From Trichoplax sp. H2 (taxonomy: Eukaryota): DNA of 64,000 nt. The position numbers and the translations under genes were made by a program. The DNA lies in the NCBI GenBank assembly GCA_003344405.1, contig NOWV01000015.1, positions 744,001-808,000 of the forward strand, written 5' to 3'. Of the stretch, positions 44,702 through 59,982 are shown one piece after another (positions within the stretch are counted from its first letter, which is position 1; the number at the start of each line of letters is the position of its first letter). The notes under the pieces are model-generated. The model did no database searches. It saw nothing but the letters and a program-made list of their open reading frames with translations, and was not told where the DNA came from.

Positions 44702-47700
44702 CTTTTGTGTGTACAAGACAGCAATAATCACCATTAATGCATATAGTCTATACAGACTTTCCAGACAGACTTGCATCTCTGTTAGTACTTGTACTTGTGC
44801 TGACTATAGAGGTTAATACAGTTGGTGATACGGTAAAGTATAGCAGTGATATTTCGAAAGTGCTAGATTAGCAGACTTTCAAGTGTTTCATCCGCCGTCG
44901 AAGGTATAAAATAAATAAAAGCCGGAAGTTTTCATGCGAGGAAAAGATATGTGAAATACTATAAACAAACTGACAAGAGCATAGACACTGCAACAATGAT
45001 TAACTACGGTAGATATGACAGAAGTAGTTTTAGTTGTTGTAAATATATAGACATATAATCTCGAACGCGATATATTTAATGCATTGTGGCTAGCGATTTG
45101 CGTATTATGATGATTCTCACACTCTCATTTCGGATTATCTTACCGAATGATAAACACTTCCTCTGATATATACTCATACATTCCATTAATACTATTGCTC
45201 AGTCCGTTCCGGAGTTGAAGTAGTCTCTATATTGACAAGGACCTGGTGTCCATTCCTACTCTGCGCCCTTGTTTCACAGTGCTGTAGTACACTCGACTAG
45301 ACTAGATTCTATCATAATTCCTTAATAATGCGATACGATACTTTCGACGTAGCGGTATACGTAGGCCAGAGTCTGTAATGTAATTAGATGTGATAATAAC
45401 TTATCTCAGAATACAGTCAGTTAAAATATACATCGCATGAGACGAGAGTACAGTGTGCGTACGAGTATAAATAGAACGTAAAAATCTTCAGAAGGAAGCA
45501 ACTTCTCTGTCTTATGGTCTGATAACGCACAGTTTTCTATTTGCCTCAATAAACTAGAGTATCTCTAAACCAGAATGGTGTCTTTACGACAACAAAACAT
45601 AACTGAGTCAATCTAACCGAATTACGCTTCATAAACATGGTCTTAAGCAAACTGTCAGTTAGCAGTGATCGAATAGCGCTCTATAAAAATAAAATTCATA
45701 GTAAGAAAATTAAGAAGTGAGGCTTAATCAGCTAGATGCAGGCGTGCATACCCTAATCATGATTAATTCCTTTGAAAATTTGAAATCGCTTTCTGTAAAA
45801 GAGTGCTAGTAGTACCTAATACGTATGTAAAGACGTCTCCGCTGTGTATTTGTCAAATGGCTTGGCTACCCTCTGCATACAATAATTCAGCTTGTAAATC
45901 CTGAGCAATTTTAAATTGCAATTAGCCACACCAGGTTATTATAGGATAGAGACAAGTGTGGAGTATTCAGGTGTATCAGGAGAAGCAGTAAAATCACCTT
46001 GCTATACCGCGTACTGTACATTAGAATTGCACTATGATAGAATATTGAACGTTGCAATGGTAAAATTTCCTTAATAAACCTTTGATCTAGTAACCATTCT
46101 GTAGTCTGCAGTTCACCATAATAATATAGTATAAGTTCTGCTTCATTCGCTTCATTGGATAAAGGCAAAAGCAATCCCTACACCGTTGGTAATTTGATGA
46201 TTCTATATGCACTGTAGATAGGAGAATTACGTATTTGTATTCTATTTACCGCGTTAACTAAAGATCCTTTCTTTAACTTTAAATCTATATTGGACGTATT
46301 ACCCCAGGAAAATGCATACTATACAACGCACAAATATATGTCTTAAATATCATCGTAAGCAGCTTTTGCTGACTCGGTTGCTCAGTACACTTACAGTGTA
46401 GGCTTTTAGCTAATCAGCTACCCATACACTTGTAATACTGTTCGTTTTAATTAATTATGCAAACAGAATATCTTCGTTATGCGACAAAACAAAGGCCACA
46501 GTATTTCACTTAGGGGTATGCGAAACAAATATACAGTATATGAATATTATTTATTACAGGGTTTATTATATACAGTAAGGTATATAGTATGTAGAATAAG
46601 AAGAAATATTACGTTTATATCATAGTAAAGATAAATGATAAGCAAATGCACGTAATTATCATTTCTTAATGGAACAAATGGATATATTAGTTTTATAATG
46701 TTGTAGCATTTTGTACTGTTGTAGTGTTTGATGCAGCTGCTTATGGCTACGGTACATTCTGAACATGATGAATTAATGATATGTTTTGTTCTTCATCAAT
46801 ATACTATACGCGTAAGCCGCCTACGATTTTTGCTAATTAATCTATCAATAAAGGTAAGGACACAATTACTGTGTTTACGCTATGTAAATCGGCAAGAATT
46901 AACAAAAATCACAAATTGATTTTGACGCCGTGGTAGTCAGACATGACTTATTACATGGCTATTGTCCTAAAGATCAACAAATGCTAATAAATACATAATT
47001 ATAATTGGCGCGACAACTTTATGTGAAACCATGGCCATCCCACAAACGGAGTCTTTCATGTACTAAACCATGACATCAAATTAAAAAAGATCTCTCATTC
47101 ATGATTTCGTAGAATAGGATATTGCTTTTGTTGGGTAAGTACGGCTAGTAGTAGTGAAAGATTTAGTTTTGAGTATTATTGTACGGTACCTTTGAAAACG
47201 ATAGTGTTGTGAAATGTTTTCTATAGACAGCTTGTGCCCTGAATACATAATTTAGTCTGATACTTCTCGTTCTCTATTTAAGAGTCCAATGTTACTATAT
47301 AGTACTAAACTCAGGTATACTATGCTGTTTTTTTTATTATCATTAGAAAGTGTGTGAAAATATTTTGTACTATGTCCGTCTGCAGTATTTACTGTAGAGT
47401 AAATAAAAATGTCATTTGTTTTATTTTTATCGAATGATCCGTGGTCAATCGATTATTCTCTTACAATATATATTTATTTATAGCTTGAAGCTGACGTTAC
47501 ATATACAATGAACGCATATGAAGTGCATTGGTTTCTTGATCTAGCTTATTGCTTACGATATTAAATCGCAGTTGCTATATTTTCTATATAGCACATTGAA
47601 ATTATAATAAAGAATTGCCGATTTTGTACAGTAGATGTACACCCAAGCAATATGCATTATATATTACCTATCATAACAGTGTTTTAGAACAGAGAACAGA

Positions 47701-50700
47701 AATTAGCAAACAATTACAGTTTGTGCTTCAGATCCACAATCTATGGCTTGATTTGGCGAGATTACTCATTCAGTATTTAAAAAGCATGTTACAAAGTACT
47801 GAATGATATCGGTCTGTACGCTTAATTACTACCACAGACTTAGTGTACCAACTAGAGTCTAGACTGCAGACTAATTAAGCAAATCAAGAATGATTAGAAT
47901 TAAAATTGAATTAATATTTAAAGAATTACCGGAATTACTAAGATTTAAGGTCGGTACAGTAAAGAGAACAAAATAGTTGTCAAGCTGTGCGGGGAGTACA
48001 AGATATGGTCTCATCATTGTCTTTGATACATTGAATAATGAATAGAAGTACAATTGCGTTTACATAGTGTTCGATATTGATCATTTGCTTTGTTCACTAA
48101 TAATTAGCTTGGATCATTACTGCCTGGAGAGAGTTTATCCAATGCCAATCAATCAGTTTGCTCTATATGATTTGAATGATTTGAATTATATCACAAAAAG
48201 ATAGATCTCCAGTGATATATTTAATAAAATTCTATTAGCCGTATACGCATACTATGGTAATACGGATTGTTTAAAAGAAGGAATGCTTTGGAATTGACGC
48301 TTGTAATTAATGCGTGATAATAATTACGATCAGTCTTCATCTTTAAATTCGAAGGGTGGCTAAGAATTTTCATTAACTTCTGATATCGTATACTGATCAG
48401 TTTATTATCGTTATTTGTACTCCCAGGCCAAATTCATGCTATTAACTGAAGTGTATATGCTGTACTGTACATATAAAAATTCAGATCATTTTCGAATAAT
48501 CTGTTGTATAAGGATACGGCACAAACTGGAGACATCTATTAGAAGAAATTTTGATCTTGAATTTGATTTTCAATTTCAATAATAGTTTCAATTTTTGAGT
48601 TAAATTTAAAATTTACAATACTCTCTTAATGTGCAAGTTATTAAATGCGTTATTTCACCTAGAAATCTGAACGATCTAAAGAATTATTCGTATTTTCATA
48701 ATAGTATCACACCATATGTCACAGAGTCATCAGGCAGCCATGGCAATAAATGAAAAATGCGTGACGAATAATTTAATTAATTGGTTATTTGCCATTAGAT
48801 TATAATGTAAAAGGTTACAGCCTTCAATATGGTATTATTTGGAATCCGTAATTCGTATATCAGCCTTAAGTTACGCTTATTGACTACAAAATACGTAGAC
48901 GTACATTTCTGCTAGTACTATATCATTTTCGTCAAATTATAGACCTTATTACCATTCAATAGCTCAATCTTACGCAGTACGGAATTACAGAAGGCATCAT
49001 ACGACAATATAATGCTACCATTACATCGGTCTTCAGGGTAAACGTATAGAATTAAAATTCTATTCTACTGATTAGGATTCAATTTTCGTCTTGTAAATAT
49101 CGAATTTAAATACTTTTCGAATCAACATTTCTTATTGTGCCAGTATGTCTTAATAATATCATTACAACTTTATATTACATTGCTTTGCCTACTACGTAAT
49201 GCTAGTGCCGTAGTATGCTCGTAAGTTGCACAATAGGATATAGAGTACAGTACCAATCACTTATGCTGATTGTATGTTATGATCTTATGACTGCATGGAA
49301 TCATGCTATCTTTTGCTAATTACTATTCATTCGGTCGAAATTTAGGATGAAGTAGATCCGTACCGGAAGCGTAGTATCTGCTTGAGTGTACAAAGTACCC
49401 TATAGATTGTACGAATTAATATCTCACTTCGTCATGACTTCAATAATAATTAACCATGAGCTCATATTGATTATATAATTATTTGGCTTATTCGGGACTC
49501 TTGATCAGATAGCAGAATCAACCAAATTATGTCATATACGATTAAATATGCAGCTGCTTGCGTTATAAGGTTAGAGATACTAAGGGCCGTAAATCTTTGA
49601 GTGTACTTTCACAATACTGTATTCAGCATTGTTATCCCCAACGTACGAGCGTACAAGTACAGTACATACTGTAGAGTGGATTGGATTGAATCATTAAAAG
49701 TACTTCAGTACTACGTTATACTATACATATGTAATGATTATATTAGGGGTACTTGGACTGTGAAGAAAATCTAGCAATTGCAGATAATATGAACAGGTGT
49801 TTTAAGTTAGTTTTTTTCTGGTAATTTAAATTAGCACGTTACGTCAAATCATTATTTGTGCAATATGCACCAATACGCGGAAACTATACATGTGTCATCG
49901 GAACGGAAGACTTGGTTGATCAAGACTACGCGCAAAATTTATTTCTATTTTAAAAATTTTTTTAATTCAGAAACTAATAATATTGTATGATACTTGAGAA
50001 TTTTCACTCTAAGAATATTGATATCACATTTTTATAGATTATACGCGTAAGTTATTGAGAGAAATCTAATTTAGCAAAATTGTATGCCATGTACTGAATT
50101 TTAAAATTTATGAAATCATCCTTTCATTTTCCTCTCAGAATAGATACTAAAATGAAATGAAATATGTTGCACTAAAATTTAGCATTTAAAGAAGGCTACA
50201 GCACTAAATGTAATATTGATGTGGATAGTACAGTACAGCATATAGATATTGCGCAATTACTAAACTATTGGATTAAAGATTCATAAAGAACATCATTCTC
50301 CATCCTTCCTACAGGTATTGTATAAAACGGTATGAGTATAGTAACTAAATATCAGTTCAAGGTAGTAATTATTTTAATTTATTAGATACAATATTACTAG
50401 ATGAAAACCTCAAGTAATAGTTTATAAAGAATAGCGAGTTCGGTATTCTATTACTTAGATTAACTTCAGATACTGTATATCGATTTCCTGATATACTCGT
50501 ATACGTATACGTACAATGTATGCCAAATAAACATAGAATTGCTAGCCAAAAAAAAAATGGTTAACGATGGAGTATTGTATTCACTTCGCTGTTTTTCATG
50601 TCCACTGGTTATACCCACTTGGTAATCACATCACTTTTAGCTCGTGATTGTATGCTGGCTTCCTGGTGTTCTATAACGCAATTTAAAATTAAGAATTCTA

Positions 50701-53700
50701 TACGCATACACCTAGAAGTTCATATCGTGGCTATATTACAATCATTGTTATGCATAGGCATGGATTTACAGAATTTAAATGCAGTAGCGTAGCTAAAAAT
50801 ATGGAGATTCACTAATTGCCGAGTTTCTAGTTTAACTGATAGGAAAATAAATAGGACAGTTTTATTCATGTACAATGTTACCAGTGTATGCTGTACAGTA
50901 CGCGTATTGTGCTTTGAAAAAAAATATACTGTATATATACAGTATATTCATAAGTTACATTATTTATACAGATCATAAAAAATTTCGGTTAAAAATTTAC
51001 ATCCCATGCGACTACATTACGTACATATTTACTGATAGCTCTTCCTAAGATAACAGATCATTTCAGTAAATACCATTAAATATAAATTTCATTGCATGTA
51101 CGGGTATATTTGTACAAGATATATATGTTACATAATGTAAATTTATTTTTTAATTCTGTTTTATTTGTGTTGTTCATAAAATTGTAATAGTGTAAAGCTA
51201 AAGTATTACATCTGTGTATTCATTACTCGTATAATAAATAATAATAATAATATTAGGTATAAAATAAGGATGCAAATATGTAAAATGAGACTATAGGTCT
51301 GCAGTAAAAAAATGTATCTATTACCCCTTGGAATCTGATAACATGTTAGCTTTTACAAGGGTATAGTACATGTTCAATGAGAAATGGACACGGAGTGGGA
51401 GACAAAGGTCACAAGGCAATACAGGAATGAGATGTAATGAAATAAAAAGAATACACTTATTATTTTTTTAAATAAAATAATATACTGTACAATGTAGTTT
51501 CCAGCAGAGAAATAATAATAATAACAAATATGAATTGTACAAGTCTTAGCTTCAAGTCTAGCAATTTTGGGCTTGGCTAAAAATCGGTTATATGAACACC
51601 ATAGTCAATTACTGGAGACATTGTCGTTGGATGCGGAGTCAATTGCTATTCTTATGACGTTGCTATTAATAATTCTTGCAGTACAGTACGGTAATTGATG
51701 TAATTATTGGAAGCCTATAAATCCATCAATAATAGGAACGATAATGCGGCTATTTTTATCTCAAGTAATTTACAGCGTAATAACTCCCCCCTCTTTATGT
51801 AAGCATAATAATAATGGTATATAGGGAGGGCAGAAATGCAGCACGTACAAAATAAAAAAAACATGAAATACTGTACTCGACCGCATAAAATGTTGTCTTA
51901 ATATCTGATGGAAATGTATCATGCATAAATAATATTACTGCCGTTGGTAGAGATGCATAGGCGTATCTATTTTTTCATTAGCCATAAAGTACGATGTGTA
52001 GTTTAATTTGTTCTCGTCTAGATCTGCTAATAATGATGATAGTCTGTGACTAATATAGGATAACCGCTTTTATTCTTCAATATAATTAATTATTATCAAT
52101 GGCTATTGACGGAGTCGGGAGCCTTCGCCATGATACTTTGTATAGTACTATATTATTGCTACTCGCACACTAATGGAAAAGTTGTAACGCCATCATTGTC
52201 TACCCTTTTTGAGTTGAAACGTTTGATAGAAAAGTTGCTCGCAATCCACATCTGTTAAGCCTGATCTGAATCTACACAGTCAACATTAAACAATATTTAA
52301 GATTTGCAGCTGAGTAAACTGATTTGCTTGAGCGCAATGCGCACATTCCGTACAGTACTGTTGTGAACGCGGCTGACTACAAATAACAATAATTAATTTA
52401 TACGCCATTGCTGTATCGAGTTGTTGGGCATTACGTAAAAGGAAAATTAATTACTGAGAGATGTTATCTATCCTGATTACTCAAGTTAATAACCAGTGTC
52501 CCAATCAATTTGCTAATTTTTTCATGACGGTTATTAAATTACCAAATTTATATTGGGTTCTAGTTTTTAATTGGATATGATCGCGTCCGTCATTCATTTC
52601 CTTTTTCCTTTTTCTCTTTCTATGTTATCCAAGACCCTAGGGTATATTCAATTCTATTCTCTCTCTCTTTCTCACAGATGTACAGACGTGCAGACCACGT
52701 GTCATGGGGGTATACTGTAGACATTTTTTTTTTTTAATTTGATCAATTTACGTCTTTGATACATTATTATGACTGCATCAAAGCGTAAATACGTCTAAAT
52801 ATCGCTTTATTTACATGGTAATCATCATTATCCGTGTGTAACATAATAGATTGGGTATAGCTTGAACTTTAGGGATTATCAAAAGTGTACTTACGTACGT
52901 AGCTCATACACTGTATGGATTAATTATTTTAAACCACATCCATGCAAGGTACAGCCGTCATCAATTTGATTGAGAGAAAATCAAAACGAGTGAAACGTGC
53001 TGATCGAGTAAGCCCACTACTCAGTGTGCTGTAAATGTAGCTCAGCCTTCGGACCTAATATCAGCATTGAGTAGTCGCATAAATTATTTTATTGTTTGTT
53101 GTGTCTGCAAATATTCTGACAAACATGCTGTACTTGGGATAATCCCACAGAAAATGGAGATTAAAAAAGGAGAAAACGGCAGGAAGCGTTGTCAACAAAA
53201 GAAATTTGTATCGTGCGCTTGTAAATGAATAAAAGCTATTTATCCTTTTGGCAAACATCAACAAGATGACGACAACAGTTGGTGGGTACGGAAGATAGAT
53301 AAGGCTTATCTCGTCGCCGCGGCCACGCCGCCACTTCGTCTAATAAGATTTTGTAATTGAATTTGAATTACTTTTATTTATTTATCTATCCCCATACATA
53401 CCCAGTTGTTGACCAGTTAATAATAAGCGACCGCCTTGCGTCGTCTACAGGAACAAATGTTTAATACGGTAGAGTCAAAAAACTACTTGATCACTATCTA
53501 ATTCAACACAATATATTGTCGGGCTGCCAGATTAAAAATATAACACTTCCAATCTGTGGTACCAACGGAACGGTAGACATTAAGTAGTTGATGTAATTTC
53601 CAATACTGTGATAAATATTTCATCTTTGCCCCACCTCATGCCATTTGAAAAAGGATTGTTGCACAGTAAATCTATTTAATTCACTGTGTTGTACGTACGA

Positions 53701-54036
53701 GGCAAGTGATTGTTATTTTCGTCCAAGGGTATTCCTATCAAGGTAAGAAAAAATTAAAACTCAACTCTTCTTTGATCTCTTTTCCTCAATCTTCATCATC
53801 GTTGGTGCGATGATGAACTTGATGTTGTTTTCGTGTCATGCAAGAAATTTTTGACTTCCAGTTGACACTTGAACATTTGTAACTGACATAGGCTCAACTT
53901 CCAGGGTAATATTACTGGCCAAAAGGATTAATCCAAACTTCTCTTTGTATTTTGGCATTACTTTCTTCTTACGATCATCCAATTTTGGATAGAGTGGACA
54001 CTATTCCTCCTTGTCACAAACACTTTTGTCGCCTCA

Positions 54037-57000
54037 ATGAAGCAAGTTATTGTAGCTCAATTTTTCCATTTAGGCGTAATCGTTTATTACTGCCTAACTT
54101 TGGCCTTCCTGCGTAAGTTGATAAAAATGATTTAACTGATCAAGATGGTTCAATGGATAATTAAATTAGATCAGTGGATAGAATTGTCTTTGTTAATTCT
54201 AAATTCCTTCATTCCTACCATGACTGCATGATGCATTACATACTCTATTGTACCACCTACTGAATGATGGGGAGCTGGTGGGCCAATAGCCGCAGCACAG
54301 TGTTTCCCTTCTTTACTGTATTTTCATGACTATCCATTGAAAGCTATCATTTTTATCTAGGTAGAGTCGATTCTGTTTCAAGTTTATACACTTGATTCTG
54401 ACTATTTGTGGTGAAATCGATTACTAGTGTCATCGTCGCACATAAAGTAGACGGCTAATTATGTTGCGGTACTACTACAGTGCATGAGGGCTAGTCCTGA
54501 CTCACCGTGTTTTATTAATTTGATGGATAGAATTATCACAGGAATGCACTTTTCTATCATCAAGCGCGCGTGGATGACCGACATTAAAATTCTAGTACTG
54601 TGAATAAGCGTGCAGTTCTACACTTACGCGGTATTTCAACCAGATAATTTAATGCAGCAGATGTAAAAATTGAACATCTTGGCAATGATTAGTGCGTCCT
54701 GCTAGTGTAATCGATCGATAAAAGTAAATACTAACTTAACAATGAGGAAACTGAAATTTTGCTACTGTATCAGTAAAATTAATTATTGAACAACCTCGAA
54801 GGTAGAAACCGATCGTGATATTGTCCGTAGAAATATTGCTCACTGCGTACGGTGCAATACTGTACTTTGCACTTAGGCTACCTGAGTGGATTTTTTTTGT
54901 GCTCATGTATGTTATTGTAACCAGAATTGTAACAAGCTTGCAGTATTAAAAGAACTGTGTAGACTTAGGATGGGTATTTGTTTTTACATTAATCGTAACT
55001 AAAAATTTTCGATCCTTTACATTCTTCTTCTTTGTTATTTCACTGTATTAATAGAAATCGTATAGACAGACGTAGTACTGTCTACTATAGTCAAAATATC
55101 TGATTTCTGGTATGCTATATTTTACTAACAGTTTAATCAAAGTGATCCACCATAAAACTTCATAGTTAACAGTCATGTGCGTTATTTGGTCAACCAGCAC
55201 ATTCAATACGAGGTAAAAATTAGAATCAAGTCATTTGACAATGTGAGATGAGAACATTTAGGAAGTATTGTGGAGCCGTTTACAGAATCTTCTGTTAACT
55301 TGCTTGTCGCCAGCGGAGAATTGACGAAGGACTTATGATAGTTATGATAAGTTATAGTATAGTCGAATGATACAGAAATAGTAAAATTTTTCAAAATGGA
55401 GTAATTTACTTAGCCTACTCGCCAACTAAGGCCTTAAGAAGGTCTTGCGTGACTCAAGTTACAGTACACTGGACATATTTAATAATATCTCTTCAGTTAA
55501 AAATGTATTCGTATTTGCGATTGCTCCAAGAGCAGGAGCTATTGTTAAAATCATTGACAATTTAAAGTTGCTCAAATATTATTCTATCTAACTTACGAGC
55601 TTTAAATTAATGAACCTACTCGAAGATGAACATTCCAGTAAATGTTAAATTATGAATACAACAACAAAAAATACAATCCACTACTGACGCTAGTAGAGGA
55701 TAGTACTGTACAATATACTGAGATGGGAGATTGATTTTTACTACATTCTTTCTTTAGTAGTGCTAACTGTGCGTGCAATTATTAACCATGAGTTAAGGTA
55801 CAGCGCTTATATGGTGCATTCTAATTTCTAAGATACAGCTCACAGATATTGCAGTCACTTATTGAGTATAAGTAATACACCTTTGAACCATGCAAATATT
55901 ATTTTATTTGCTATCCAATGTATGCTACACCTAATTTCTACTGAGAATTTGAAATGAAATGCTCTTGTTTGTAAATGCAAAGCACGTCATAACTCGGGAA
56001 TTATTATTATAAATAAATAAAACTACGTATACTGTATATTATGATACGATCCCGTAATGCTGTAACCGTGTCAATAGTCTGTCAATATTAAAATGCATTT
56101 GTTACTTACCTTAGATTGCCAAGCTCAAGAAATGGCTCCACGATTTATTAAGGAATTACCTTCTTCAATGCGTGTAGTTGAAAATTATCATGTAAAGTTG
56201 CAATGTGAGGTATCTGGTTCCCCTAAACCGACTTTGGAATGGTATAGGAACCACGTTAAAATTGAAAGATACTGGGATCGATATTCATTTGAAGGCGATT
56301 ATGTTTTGGTTGTAAATAAAACACAAGTTGGTGATACTGGTATCTATACCTGCATGGCTAAGAATCGCCTTGGCTATATTTTCCATGATTTCGCTGTAAA
56401 TGTTGTAGGTAAGAAACAGATAATGGTATATATGTAGATACGAGTACTATATATATTGATATACGTATATGCATCTTAGACTGGAGTTTAATAACAAAGT
56501 TACAGCAAGCATGGATAGGCTTGTAGAGGATTATACGAGAGATTTCTGTTTGCCCTTATTGTTTTAGAAATGCAATATGTAAGATCTTATAATTTGCATT
56601 GCACTTATTTTTGCTTTTGATCTTATTATGAAAGGATTTTCCTCGAAGAGCGATAAAAAAGGTAAGATTACTATCAGGCTGTCTGTAAATCATAGTTTTT
56701 GATTAATATTCCTCTTTATACAATTAAATAATGTAAAATGTAATTTTTGCAATAATTCATCAGTACTACAGTATTGCTTGATTAATTAATGGTTGTCCGA
56801 CACTAAAAGCTGAATATACAGTACTTTGATATTTGTTACATAGTTTGACTACTAGTTACATAACCTTGATAACAATATTGTAAATTGCCTGATATGGTAA
56901 CCTAATAACAATAGCAACTTATTTTAACGCTATATTACATAACTGAACAAAGCCATTGATCCTTTCAATTGCTCTCCTGCAGGAATTTTATTTTTAATTT

Positions 57001-58735
57001 TATTTTTGCATATGTGTATAATGAGGAAGGAGAAGTACTTTACAATCGACTTAAGCTAGTTTTGTAAAAATAAGCCTGTGTATTGTATTATGCATGATTA
57101 CTAACTTGTATCTTTTTGTAACTACGTTTAGTTCCTCCGTCTCTTACGAAAGTCAGCTATAATCATTACACTTTCAAGAGTGGTCAGAAAGTCCGATTGA
57201 TATGTCCGTTATACGGAATTCCCACACCTACTGTAAAGTGGACATACTATAACGGCAGTCGAATCGTAAACCATAAAGATTTGGATAACCTTAATAGTAA
57301 CGTTTATAAAACAAGAGCATCCTTGGTTATACGAAGTATTAAACCGAGTGATTCCGGTATCTACGTGTGTAACGCGAAAAATAAAGTTGGTAAATCCAGT
57401 TTCAACTTCACCGTCCGTGTTGAAGGTTAGTTTCGTCGTTATAATCCCTCGTTCAATATCGTGCATGTAAACTACTCTACTGCATTAAATATTCCCGTTG
57501 AACGCACGGCTATTTACTTTAAAAGCCTGTTCTCGATAGCTTGTACACTGTACAGTTTGATATATGAGATGTTTATGTGTTCTTAATTAAAGATAGTAGC
57601 ATTTAGTGGGCTTTAAGCGATTAAAACTACGCTTAGCTAACGAAATTGTAAAATTTGTACAGTAAGTTCTCTTGTAGTTACCTCTGATTCTTATAGATGT
57701 CGTCTAAGAATTGGTTATTATATTTTTAGTGAGCGATGGCAACCGACCCACTTTCATCGTTAAGCCGCATAATGTTACTGCTACTGTTGGAAATACAGTA
57801 AATCTAACGTGCAAAGTTAGACCTAGAAAAGAATGTTTAGTAAAGTGGTTAAAGTCCATTGACGCTAGTAAGGTTAAGCAAGAACAAATTGGTGAAAGTA
57901 TATTTTACCTTCCAGATCGCCCTGACTTATATTACAAGCTACTTCCGAGAAACAGTAAGTAAAATTTATACATAACCATAAATACGCTACATTGTAATTT
58001 ATTAATGCAAACCCAACCATTTGTAGAAATAAATAAGGGTGCGCTATTTTCGATTAAGGATGCGCTTGCTTTCACTGATTGTAAGATAGCGATCATACAA
58101 AAAATAGCTAATATTCCCTATTAATAATTACAGATAGTGATCATTTGATCATTAGATCCGTTAGACTTCAAGATCATGGCAAATATTTGTGCGTTGTCAC
58201 TTGTTCAGGCCATGATAAGATGCTGTCAGCTTTTGTTTATTTAACTGTGAGCTCAAGTAAGTAAAATTGTTCGTATTCTTTTTGTGTTAACGTTGACATT
58301 AGATACACTATTTAGCAATTACAGAATTTATACTTCATTGTTTCACTTGCCTTCTAAGATGAAATTTAATAATTAATGATTGCTATCATAGAATTGGTCG
58401 GAACTGAATCAGTTCATCAAATGTCATCGATCGATTGGGGCGCTTCTGGGAACGGACAGCCAACTCGATCACAACTACATCAAACTGTAACGAATAATAG
58501 CACAAATACCTCTTGCAAAGGTTTAAGTTGCAATCTGCCTGGGCATGTCTATAGTCACTGCATCTTAGGATTGATCATTGGGATTGTGTCTATAGTTTCG
58601 GTTATGGTCCTAGTGATAGTTACAGGAACGTGGACTCTTATTAGACACCGCTCTAATAAGATCGAGCGCGATGTGGAAAAGAAATGGGTAAAAGATGTCT
58701 GCAAATCGCCTAATAATTCACCTGCGGATGTCTAA
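54037..58735 (+). CDS. FGFR-like 1 (FGFRL1/nou-darake-type) receptor: signal peptide, 3 Ig domains, TM helix, short tail, no kinase
   Basis: Phase-1 exons 54037-54112 (MKQVIVAQFFHLGVIVYYCLTLAFL, continuing HCQA|Q), 56115-56408 (Ig1), optional 56635-56661, 57132-57425 (Ig2), 57730-57954 + 58134-58256 (Ig3 with CKVR...WLK like FGFR D3) and 58392-58735 (TM plus ~30-aa tail). Confidence 0.8.
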
Positions 58736-59028
58736 GCTATAAATTACTTTGGTTAATAGATAGGCTGTTTATTGGAATACTGGATTTAGATGTAGCATTG
58801 GGCATATGAAAAGTTTACGTTATTATGCGATAACTTCCATTACTTATATCTTTACCTCTCTATACTATAAAGACAGTATTGTTATCGATCTATAAATGTA
58901 TTCAATATTATGCAAAAAGTTACCGTATTATTCGAAGTCATCTTATTTCAAAGAAAATACGCAATGATTCGTTGATGATTTTTTATCTCGCTATCAAGTG
59001 GTTTGTATGCGTTGTTTTAATACTACGC

Positions 59029-59386
59029 ACACCCATTCCAGCTCTTTCGTATTAGTGATTTAGTTGGTTTATTACAAGACATTAGCTGAATTACCCATTA
59101 CTATCAATAACGAATTTATTAGGGTATTTGTTAGAACTCAATCGTTGCTCTCAATATATTTGTAAATATCGCATGTGTACATCATAAATATTGATGTATA
59201 CGAAAATCTCAAATTTATGTAGATGTATATGAAATATATTCCATTTAACATTTTATAAACGAAAGTTAACAATATACTTTGTCTATACAAAAAGCAAATT
59301 ACACGCATGTACTACTTTTTTCCAAGCTGTATTGTGGTACTCTAAACTATCTGCAACTTTAAATGACAATGTGTTGGCTTATAAAG

Positions 59387-59421
<35 letters not shown>

Positions 59422-59466
59422 CATCATTGCTATTATTATCATCATTACTATTGTTATCGTCATTAC

Positions 59467-59523
<57 letters not shown>

Positions 59524-59924
59524 GGTACTCATATAAATGAATTAGTNNNNNNNNNNNNNNNNNNNNACACCCATTCCAGCTCTTTCGTATTAGTGATTTA
59601 GTTGGTTTATTACAAGACATTAGCTGAATTACCCATTACTATCAATAACGAATTTATTAGGGTATTTGTTAGAACTCAATCGTTGCTCTCAATATATTTG
59701 TAAATATCGCATGTGTACATCATAAATATTGATGTATACGAAAATCTCAAATTTATGTAGATGTATATGAAATATATTCCATTTAACATTTTATAAACGA
59801 AAGTTAACAATATACTTTGTCTATACAAAAAGCAAATTACACGCATGTACTACTTTTTTCCAAGCTGTATTGTGGTACTCTAAACTATCTGCAACTTTAA
59901 ATGACAATGTGTTGGCTTATAAAG

Positions 59925-59959
<35 letters not shown>

Positions 59960-59982
59960 GGTACTCATATAAATGAATTAGT
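59029..59982. repeat. Near-identical duplicated segment on both sides of a 20-N gap, with (ATT)n microsatellites of different length
   Basis: ~59029-59546 is repeated at 59567-59982; the visible difference is the microsatellite (about 59387-59522 vs 59925-59958). Ns at 59547-59566. Confidence 0.92.

Noticed and set aside
59342-59620. Poly-Asn ORF
   Set aside because: Microsatellite translation spanning an N gap.
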